From Candidatus Bathyarchaeota archaeon (lineage in GTDB: Archaea; Thermoproteota; Bathyarchaeia; Bathyarchaeales; Bathycorpusculaceae): a DNA stretch of 64,000 nt. The translations under genes and the position numbers were made by a program. The stretch covers positions 608,001 through 672,000 of the forward strand of contig CAWGZR010000005.1 of the NCBI GenBank assembly GCA_963827165.1, given 5' to 3'. A model generated the notes under the pieces. That model was not told the origin of the DNA, did no database searches, and worked only from the letters and a program-made list of their open reading frames with translations. Below are positions 51,882-60,490 of the stretch, piece after piece. How positions within the stretch are numbered: the first letter of the stretch is position 1; each line of letters begins with the position of its first letter.

Positions 51882-53537
51882 ATGATAGTGCCCAAGCTTA
51901 AGACGATAAAACGTAAATCTGTAATTTGCCTACTGTTGACTTTTCTCATTATCTTTTCTGTTTTCTCTTCGGCAACGCGTTTGATTAATGCTGCAAGCGC
52001 CCCCGTTTTAAGTATTGTTCCAACTGGCATCGGCGGCGCCACCTCAGGTACCACAACTATGATTCAATCAGAAGCGGTTGGCTCCAATTTCTCAGTAGAT
52101 ATCAGAGTTGACAACTACGCGAGTGTCAATATTGGCGGCAAAAACAACGGTGTCAGTGGAGCAAGCTACTTTGTCACTTGGAACCCTGCAGTGCTTGGGC
52201 TTGTATCTTACACTGATGAAAAATGGCTTCCCTCCCAGTCGAGCACAGGTGATTTTTCAGGTAACGTAACACTTGGGCAACTTCTCATAGGTCAAATCGC
52301 TTTCGACCTGAGCAGCCCTTTTCTGACTGCTAATAGCACTTCTGGGTCAGTATCCGTTACGATAAAGTTTGAAGTGCTGTCGACCGGTTCAACCCTTATT
52401 TCACTTTCGCCCCAGAAGGGCGTTGCATACCTTTTGGCTCCTCAGACGGCGGGGGATGGAATCACGGCAGGTTACGCAGTGTCGGGAACTTTAACAGCGA
52501 ACGCACAATATGGCCCATCATCGGGATTAAGCAGTCCGTCACTTTACGGCCCCACTGCCGTTTTCACTCCCATGGACGGGTCAGCCTTCAAATTAGGCAC
52601 ACCCATAACGTTAAATGCAACGTTATCCACACCCGGCAATGACACCCAAATCTGCGACATAACAAACTACGCATGGAGCGTTGAATATCTCAATGGAACA
52701 ACACTCACCTCGCTCACAGGAGACGCCACAACATTCACCCCCGATGCTCTCGGATCGTTCCGCGTAATTCTCATCGTTACAGCCCCAGACGTTAGCCCAT
52801 CTCCTAACCCTGACTATTCAAGTACAGATAGCACTAGCGCAATAATCAACGTAATTTCCAGCGCGCTTAGCATCGACGTATTTACTGATAAAGAAGGCAT
52901 CGGCCAAGGAGCAAGCGAAGGCGCATACGGGCCTCTTCAATTGGTGCCAACATACGCGTTAGTCACAACTAGCGATACTCCGTTGGCAGACCAAAGTGTT
53001 TTTTTCACTATACTTGACGCGAACGGAACCTCTTATTACAGGCAAGGAGTCACAAACGAAACCGGCATTGCTACAATTCAACCCAGCTTCAGACTTCCAG
53101 CTCCTGACTTTGGTTCTCCTCAAACAGGCTTCGGAACATGGTCAATAACCGCGACAACCAGCGTCCTAAATGTCATAGCAAACGATACCACAACCTTCAC
53201 CTTCAACTACTTGAGCGGGATAGAAAACATAACACTCCCCACCAGTATCCACGCAACCGAAACATTGCCCATACAGCTAACCATAAACAACATAGCCCTT
53301 TCTGAACAATGGACACAGTTAAGCATCACAATATTTGACCAGGCAGGTATACCCATAGGTTCCTCCACTCTGACGGCAACTCAACAAACCCAAGACCTAA
53401 CCGTCGTAGACGCAGCAATCACCATTCCTTCATGGGCATTCACTGGGCAAGCAACCGTTTATCTTTGCCTAATTTCTAACTCAACAAACATCCCATTGGC
53501 CCCGGAAAGCATTGCCAACTTCAATATTCTGTCATGA
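51882..53537 (+). CDS. cohesin + PKD-like + di-domain protein (paralog of the previous gene)
   Basis: FSVDIRVDNY..SYFVTWNP..WLPSQS; CDITNYAW; ITIPSWAFTGQA. Confidence 0.87.
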   Translation: MIVPKLKTIKRKSVICLLLTFLIIFSVFSSATRLINAASAPVLSIVPTGIGGATSGTTTMIQSEAVGSNFSVDIRVDNYASVNIGGKNNGVSGASYFVTWNPAVLGLVSYTDEKWLPSQSSTGDFSGNVTLGQLLIGQIAFDLSSPFLTANSTSGSVSVTIKFEVLSTGSTLISLSPQKGVAYLLAPQTAGDGITAGYAVSGTLTANAQYGPSSGLSSPSLYGPTAVFTPMDGSAFKLGTPITLNATLSTPGNDTQICDITNYAWSVEYLNGTTLTSLTGDATTFTPDALGSFRVILIVTAPDVSPSPNPDYSSTDSTSAIINVISSALSIDVFTDKEGIGQGASEGAYGPLQLVPTYALVTTSDTPLADQSVFFTILDANGTSYYRQGVTNETGIATIQPSFRLPAPDFGSPQTGFGTWSITATTSVLNVIANDTTTFTFNYLSGIENITLPTSIHATETLPIQLTINNIALSEQWTQLSITIFDQAGIPIGSSTLTATQQTQDLTVVDAAITIPSWAFTGQATVYLCLISNSTNIPLAPESIANFNILS

Positions 53538-53584
53538 CCTACAAGAAAACAATCACGCGATTTCATTGGCATGTTCTCTTAATT

Positions 53585-53668
53585 TTTCTATATAGCACGT
53601 ATCAAGTACAAGTAGTTCTATGAGTTCGCCTTCGTTAAACCTGTTTCTATGTCGAAAGATGATTTATA
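53585..53668 (+). promoter_or_regulatory. palindromic elements plus TATA
   Basis: TTTCTATATAG at 53585; TTTCTATGTCGAAA at 53644; ATTTATA at 53662. Confidence 0.7.
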
Positions 53669-53725
53669 GCGCGTGCTATCAATCAATAAAATAATTTAGT
53701 GGAAACAGTGAAGGGAGATTTGGCC

Positions 53726-55343
53726 ATGAGACGAAATGTGATAGCTAGTGTGTTGCTCATTACCCTAATGTTAGCGAGTTTTGGTGCAATGGTTTACGCC
53801 CAAGTATACCGTCCAAATAGGGTACCCAAGTTCACCAACCGACTTAGGCATCACTACATCTCAAGGCTATTGGATCGGACAATTCCCAATTACAATAAAT
53901 GGAAACACAGGTGAAGCCTACTGCTTAACTCCCAGCGGCACCGTCTATGAAGGTTCTTCTTATTCAGCCGACGAAGTCTTAGTACCAACGAACGACGCGA
54001 CATGGCAAGCTATCAGCTACTTATTGAGTTGGTATGCTCCAACAGACGCAACTAGTGCCGCAGTTGATCAAGTTGCAATCTGGGATCTTTTAGGCGAGGC
54101 TCCACCTTATTCTGACTTCGTTCTGGACTCCTCAATTACGAGTCCAGCGGCTACATTAGCGGCTGATGCTAGCGGCAAGAATACCGCCATGCCTATCGAC
54201 ACATTAACGTGGACTTCGCCCGGTGCAGGCACCACATCAGCTGATCCAGGTACGACGGTAAGTTTTCTGGTTCAACTTGGTTCCGCACGTCCAAACGTAC
54301 AAATCGACTTTACTGCGAGTCTTACATCAGCTGGTGGTTTGCCCACAACTTTGCCGTCGGCAGATGTTAGCCCAAGTGTGGCTTTTACAGACGGTGACGG
54401 TATGGCCCAAGTTAGTGTTACAGTGCCTTCGGACGCCCCGGTGGGTTCGACAATCGCAGTTACAGCTTCTACACAAAGCGTATGGCCAACGCAATACTTA
54501 GACCTGCTAAACTACAATAGTGGAGCTCAAAACCTACTCGGATTAGGCCCGGCTCTAGACCTAACAACAAGCGCGAGCACTTCAGTCTCTCAATCCTTAA
54601 CAATCAACGCGCCTGTGACCGTAACATCAAACAACGCTACTATGGGATCTGTAAGCCCATCGTCAGGAAGCTACGGACAGAACCCCACCACAATAACTGC
54701 AACAGCGAATCCTGGATACCAATTTGTCGACTGGGTAGCGACAGGCGGAGTATCCTTGACGTCTAACTTGGATAGCACTACAACTTTCACGACGTCTGGA
54801 ACTGGCTCAATAGAAGCGTTCTTCGCACCTCTAACACCTATACAAACCACCAGTGTACTAGTTCCAGCGGTCGCAACTCAAACAGGCTTCACAATGCCGT
54901 CAAGTGTAACTTTAACCAACCCAAATTCGGTGTCAGAAACCGCAAGCATTCAAATTTCCACAGGCTCAAGTGTATTGTACATCGGAACAGTGACATTGAA
55001 CTCTCAGCAAACGCAGGCTTTACCCTGTTCCATCAATACCGGCTCATTGCCAATAGGAAACTGCGCTTTCACCGTCACAGTAACAACTACGAGCCTGTCG
55101 AGTTCAAAACCTCAAATGCTAACTGTGCAGTCTGGAATAACCTGTTTAGGCGATCTAAACGGTGACGGAAAAGTAAACTTCAGTGATTTATGTATCTTTG
55201 TGACGGAATACGTTAGCTATCTCCAAACGGGGACATACTGTGCAAACATTGATTTCAACCATGTCGGAAGCTTAAGCTTTTCCGACGAAACTGCATTTGT
55301 TTATTCCTACGCCCAATACGGACAGTGGGCATGCGGTGCTTAA
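53726..55343 (+). CDS. putative thioester-domain (TED/TQXA-like) adhesin + InlB-B-like + CARDB-like + dockerin-like (one frameshift near 53800)
   Basis: Signal peptide from ATG 53726; AYCL, VDQVAIW, GAQNLL; GDLNGDGKVNFSD. Confidence 0.75.
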
Positions 55344-55559
55344 AACCACAAATCAATTTCTTTTTTCTTCTTAAGTTTGTCCAACATGGAAAGTCTTTGT
55401 CAACGAGGAGGCACTATTCCAGATTCAATGATTGGGTGACGGTCGGAGTTTCTGTCGCTGATTCTAACGCTGACGGCACTATAATAATGCTTAATCCAGA
55501 AACATCAGGTACTTTGCAAACTAATTTCGAAAATAGCAACGCGAGTAATTCTCAAGACT

Positions 55560-55790
55560 CTGGACTTTTTACAAACGTAAAAATAATGCTAATCCTCGCG
55601 CGCGCTCAGTCACCGCTGGCTCAACCATCGTCTTTACAGGCACTGCTTCGAACGCAAATGAAAGCCAATGAGATGTAACTGGCTCCACCACTTGGAGTAT
55701 CAATATAGATGCCCAAGGAACTTGGATTGGCGACTCTTTCACCGCGTATCGAACGGACAAACAAATCGGAGCGGTAGCTAAAACTGTATC
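55560..55790 (+). pseudogene. decayed remnant of one Ig-like repeat
   Basis: Frame from 55609 reads VTAGSTIVFTGTASNANESQ*DVTGSTTWSINIDAQGTWIGDSFTA, with the conserved Trp read as TGA. Confidence 0.65.
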
Positions 55791-56063
55791 TTACTAAATG
55801 ATGTTTCACACTTGGCAATTTTTGAAACTTCATTTAAAACCCAGTCTAAATATCGTTTCTTTTTTTTCGCAATTATAGACCCAAACGTATTTGGAAAAAT
55901 GAACTTCTTTCGCCCAAAGATTCTGTTCGTGTAACATGTTTAGCATGCGATTCGATTTGGCAACTCAAAAGCTATATTTCTAACTCACAATGCGAGATAG
56001 AAATAGTTCAATATAATTTTTTGTAAAACCGATATGACTACGGAGTTCTCGTTGGAACTATTG

Positions 56064-56088
56064 AATCTATGTGGATAAGTGTAAAGTA
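56064..56088 (+). promoter_or_regulatory. proximal palindromic box plus weak TATA
   Basis: AATCTATGTGGATA, followed by the same spacer as at 60428. Confidence 0.5.
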
Positions 56089-56126
56089 CTTTTGGTGCTT
56101 TCATTAGCGTCAGGAGAAAGGTAGCG

Positions 56127-59100
56127 ATGGGAAGGCTAGTTAGAAATTCGGTTATATCCGTTGTACTAATTTTCATTATGCTTTTCCCGTGTCTGCATGT
56201 TGGATTAACTGTTGCTCAGCCTCCTTCAAATTATTTTACCATAACTGGCGCTCCATCCACAGCAACTGCGGGCCAAAGTATTAACGGGATAACGGTGACG
56301 GCGTATAATTCTAATGGTCAGGTATTGACAAGTTATACGGGGCAAGTTTATTTTACTTCAACCGATTCAAGAGCGACCCTTCCATATACTTCTCAGAGTA
56401 CTTACACTTTCACTACTGGCGTCTCAGGGGATAATGGAGTTCATGTTTTTTCAGGAATTAACTTAGTGACAGCTGGCTCCCAAACCATAACCGTCACTGA
56501 CGGAACTATGTCGGGAACTTCCCCTACAATAATAGTCAGTCCAGCTGCCCTTTACCAGATCCAAGTCTCACCAAAGACCGCAACAATAGTTACGGGGTCC
56601 CAAATAACCTACACTGCTACTGCTTCTGACTACTACGGTAACACGTGGGACGTTTCTGCTTCAACTTTCTTTTACATCGATTCTGGCGCCCACGGCTCAT
56701 GGTCAAATAACGTTTACACCTCCGCATCGACCGGCGTCTGGGGTGTAGGCGCCTTCTATAACGGGAAGACCGATTCGGCCTCTCTGACAGTTATTCAAGG
56801 AAACGCGGTGAGCATCACCATAAGCCCCAAAACCCCCTCTATCACAGCAGGCAACTCGCAATCTTTCACTGCAACAGCCCACGATTCCATGAGCAACGAA
56901 TGGGATGTCACTAGCCTCACAACTTGGAGCATAGATTCTGGCGCTGGCGGCTCCTGGAGCGCCAACACTTACACATCCCACATTGCTGGAACATGGCTGG
57001 TAACAGGGACTTACGGCAGCTTTCATGATACCGCTTCCTTAACTGTAACACATTCAACCCCATCTTACCTTAGTATTTCCCCAGTTAACCCAACCTCCGC
57101 GGCAGGCACTTCCGTAACTTTTACAGCTACAGCTTTCGACTTTTACGGAAATAGTTGGGATGTCACAAGTTTGGCAAGCTTTAGCATAACTTCTGGGGCT
57201 GGTGGTTCGTGGAGCGGAAACGTTTACACATCTGCAAAAGCAGGAATTTGGACAGTGTCAGCTAGTTATTTAGGCATACCTGCAACTACAACATTAACCA
57301 TCAGCTTCGCCAATGTTAACAGCATCACAATTACTCCTCAGACTTCCACCTTGGTGGCTGGTTCCTCAGAAGCCTTTACGGCTACTGCTTTAGACATTTA
57401 CGGCAACACCTTGGACGTTTCGAGTTCCACAAGTTGGAGCATTAATGTTGCCGCAGAAGGCTCATGGACCGGTAACACATACACTTCAGCGATAGCTGGC
57501 ATTTGGACGGTAACTGGTCTGTATGAAGGCATATCTGAGACCGCAACTTTAACGGTTACTCCAGGTTCTGCCGTCAGTTTAGTTGTAGGCTCAGCAGTAT
57601 CTTCAACTGCCGCCGGAACAAGTGTAACTTTTACTGCCACAGCCTTCGATAGTTTTGGTAACTCTTGGGCTGTTTCAGCTTCGACTTCCTGGGTTATTGA
57701 CTCAGGCGCGCAAGGGCATTGGTCTGGCAACGTTTACACTTCAGCGAAAGCTGGGTTTTGGACGGTAACCGGTGTTTATGGCGTATTAAGGGATAGTGCC
57801 ACACTAACTGTAACTCCTGGTCAACCAATCAGCTTAACAATATCTCCTCCAACAGCCGACCTAACGGCGGGTCTTACTCAAACCTATACTGCAACCGCCC
57901 AAGATAGTTTTTCAAATACTTGGGACGTATCCTCATTAGCCCGCTGGACTATCAATAGTCAGGTAGGTGGCCTTTGGTCAGGCAATGTCTACTCATCCGC
58001 CATAGCAGGATCATGGACCGTAACTGCCACTTATCAAGGCTTGTCCAACACCGCATCTTTAACTGTCACACACACCTACGCTGTGCAAATTCAGGTAAAC
58101 CCTGAAACATCAACCATTGTTGCTGGTAATACTCAAACTTATACGACTACAGCAACTGATCACTTTGGAAATAGTTGGGACACAACTAGTTCTTCAACTT
58201 TCACAGTAGACGAAGAAGCTGGTGGCTCCTTAAACGGGAACATCTACACTTCAGCTAATGCTGGAACATGGACCGTTACAGCCACAAGCCTCGGATTAAC
58301 TAACACCGCTATGTTAACAATCACCCATGCGTCAGCGGTCTCAATCTCTATCAGCCCAAATACTGCTACAATTACTGCGGGAAGCACCCAGACTTACACG
58401 GCATTGGCATCTGACACGTACAACAATATCTGGGACGTAACAAGCTTGACAACTTGGACTGTCAGCACAGGGGCGGGAGGCAGTTGGTCCGGCAATGTTT
58501 ATACTTCTGCAGCTTCGGGAAACTGGGTGATCAAGGGAACTTATTCAAGCTTTTCCGACACCGCTTACTTAACTGTGAATCATGCTAACGCCATAAGCGT
58601 CAGCATAATGCCTAAGACAGCTACCATAACAACGGGATCCAACGAAGCGTTTACTGCCACTGCAATCGATGCGCACGGCAACATTTGGGACGTCACTAGC
58701 GCTTCAACTTGGATAATTGATTCTGGTGCCGGCGGCTCATGGACAGGAAATGTCTATTACTCCGTCGATGCAGGCACCTGGAGAGTAACCGTTACTTACG
58801 GCAGTTTAACTGACACTGCATCTTTAACAGTAAATCATGGAACCGCTCAAAGCATAACGGTGACTCCAACAACGGCAACCTTGACCGCGGGCTCTCCTCA
58901 AACATTTACAGCAACAGCATACGATTCTAACGGTAACAGATGGGATGTCACCAGCTCCACGACCTGGACTATTGATTCTGGCGCAGGTGGCCTTTGGAGT
59001 GGCAGCACTTACACTTCAAACACAGCTGGCGTCTGGATCGTCGTGGGAACTTACTCAGGATTAACCAGCACATCCACAGTAACCGTAAATCACGCGCCTG

Positions 59101-60305
59101 CAGCCAGCATAACCGTGGGATCATCCTCAAACTCGATCACCGCCGGAGCCACAGTAACTTTTACTGCCACAGCCTCAGATGTTTATGGTAATTTATGGAG
59201 TGTCACAAGCTCTACTGTCTGGACTATTGATTCTGGTGCGGGCGGCTCCTTATCGGGAAACAGTTACACTTCCGAATTATCCGGTGTCTGGACTGTTAAA
59301 GGCGCCTACGGAAGCTTATCTGATATACTATCCTTAACCGTAACTCATGCTTCCATGGTCAGCATCAATGTTACTCCCACTGATGCCACCGTTGCTGCAG
59401 GTTCCAACGAAGCCTACTCAGTCACAGCCTACGACAGCTTCGGCAACAGTTGGGACATAACAAGCTCGGCGCAATTGAGCATATCCTCTCAAGCAGGCGG
59501 CATCTGGACCAACAATGTTTATACTCCCGCTAAGGCAGGCACATGGACAATCACTGCCGCAGTTCCAGGCTTTTCAATAACAACACCCATCATAGTGGTT
59601 CATGGTTCCATAGCCAGCGTAACAATTTCGCCCCACAATCCAACAATTAACGCGGGATCAAGTCAGACCTTCACGGCGACCGCCTATGACCAGTACGGAA
59701 ATTTCTGGGACGTAAGCAACCTTGCAATCTGGATTATCGACTCTGGCGCTCAAGGTTCATGGGCAAACAGTGTCTACACTTCAGATAAAGCAGGAACGTG
59801 GGAAGTCACAGGAGTCTATGACAACTTACTGGACAATACCTTCATGACTGTTAACCACGGCACAATCACGAGCCTCACAATAACTCCAGCCACGGCAACG
59901 ATTAATCAAGGAAGCACTCAGACCTACACTTCAACCACTTCGGATGCTTACAGCAATACCTGGGACGCCACAAGCTCAACCAACTGGCAAATAACTGCGG
60001 GCGCTGGCGGCTCATGGACAGGAAACGTCTACACATCTGCTAATACGGGCACTTGGACCGTTACCGGCACCTCTTCCAGTGTATCTGGAAATGCACAGCT
60101 GACAGTAAATGGATATTCACCAGTTGATTTCCTTCACACAGGCCAAGTAAACAGTCTAGACATATTCTACTTCATTTACTGGTACGTTTATTACGGTCAG
60201 TATGGATACGTCAATCCAGCTTGCGATTTTAACCATGACGGAAAGCTGAACTTCCAAGACGTAGTGCTATTTACGACTTACTATATCGCTGCCACGACAC
60301 CATGA
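56127..60305 (+). CDS. large secreted protein: N-terminal Ig-like domain + 14 tandem ~85-aa Ig-like repeats + dockerin-like
   Basis: 14 repeats counted by eye; DFLHTGQVNSLD..NPACDFNHDGKLNFQD. Confidence 0.92.
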   Translation: MGRLVRNSVISVVLIFIMLFPCLHVGLTVAQPPSNYFTITGAPSTATAGQSINGITVTAYNSNGQVLTSYTGQVYFTSTDSRATLPYTSQSTYTFTTGVSGDNGVHVFSGINLVTAGSQTITVTDGTMSGTSPTIIVSPAALYQIQVSPKTATIVTGSQITYTATASDYYGNTWDVSASTFFYIDSGAHGSWSNNVYTSASTGVWGVGAFYNGKTDSASLTVIQGNAVSITISPKTPSITAGNSQSFTATAHDSMSNEWDVTSLTTWSIDSGAGGSWSANTYTSHIAGTWLVTGTYGSFHDTASLTVTHSTPSYLSISPVNPTSAAGTSVTFTATAFDFYGNSWDVTSLASFSITSGAGGSWSGNVYTSAKAGIWTVSASYLGIPATTTLTISFANVNSITITPQTSTLVAGSSEAFTATALDIYGNTLDVSSSTSWSINVAAEGSWTGNTYTSAIAGIWTVTGLYEGISETATLTVTPGSAVSLVVGSAVSSTAAGTSVTFTATAFDSFGNSWAVSASTSWVIDSGAQGHWSGNVYTSAKAGFWTVTGVYGVLRDSATLTVTPGQPISLTISPPTADLTAGLTQTYTATAQDSFSNTWDVSSLARWTINSQVGGLWSGNVYSSAIAGSWTVTATYQGLSNTASLTVTHTYAVQIQVNPETSTIVAGNTQTYTTTATDHFGNSWDTTSSSTFTVDEEAGGSLNGNIYTSANAGTWTVTATSLGLTNTAMLTITHASAVSISISPNTATITAGSTQTYTALASDTYNNIWDVTSLTTWTVSTGAGGSWSGNVYTSAASGNWVIKGTYSSFSDTAYLTVNHANAISVSIMPKTATITTGSNEAFTATAIDAHGNIWDVTSASTWIIDSGAGGSWTGNVYYSVDAGTWRVTVTYGSLTDTASLTVNHGTAQSITVTPTTATLTAGSPQTFTATAYDSNGNRWDVTSSTTWTIDSGAGGLWSGSTYTSNTAGVWIVVGTYSGLTSTSTVTVNHAPAASITVGSSSNSITAGATVTFTATASDVYGNLWSVTSSTVWTIDSGAGGSLSGNSYTSELSGVWTVKGAYGSLSDILSLTVTHASMVSINVTPTDATVAAGSNEAYSVTAYDSFGNSWDITSSAQLSISSQAGGIWTNNVYTPAKAGTWTITAAVPGFSITTPIIVVHGSIASVTISPHNPTINAGSSQTFTATAYDQYGNFWDVSNLAIWIIDSGAQGSWANSVYTSDKAGTWEVTGVYDNLLDNTFMTVNHGTITSLTITPATATINQGSTQTYTSTTSDAYSNTWDATSSTNWQITAGAGGSWTGNVYTSANTGTWTVTGTSSSVSGNAQLTVNGYSPVDFLHTGQVNSLDIFYFIYWYVYYGQYGYVNPACDFNHDGKLNFQDVVLFTTYYIAATTP

Positions 60306-60389
60306 TGAAACTAATAACAGAAAAACTTCTCTGCAAAGGCCGATTCAAAAATCGGCACCCGAGAGGGCAAAATGTGCAATCAAAACGTT

Positions 60390-60452
60390 TTCTAAATAGA
60401 CTATTTTCTCTTGCTCAGTCTCAATGTTGACTATGGCGATAAGTGTCATATG
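60390..60452 (+). promoter_or_regulatory. bipartite palindromic element plus weak TATA
   Basis: ttCTAAATAGac at 60390, TGACTATGGCGATA at 60428. Confidence 0.65.
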
Positions 60453-60490
60453 GATAAACCATCCATACAGCTCTCTTGGTTGAGAGGCTT

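Noticed and set aside
56540-60110. ~255-bp periodicity as a DNA repeat array or DGR template/variable repeats
   Set aside because: These are protein-level repeats with synonymous divergence; no reverse transcriptase and no adenine-specific differences are evident.
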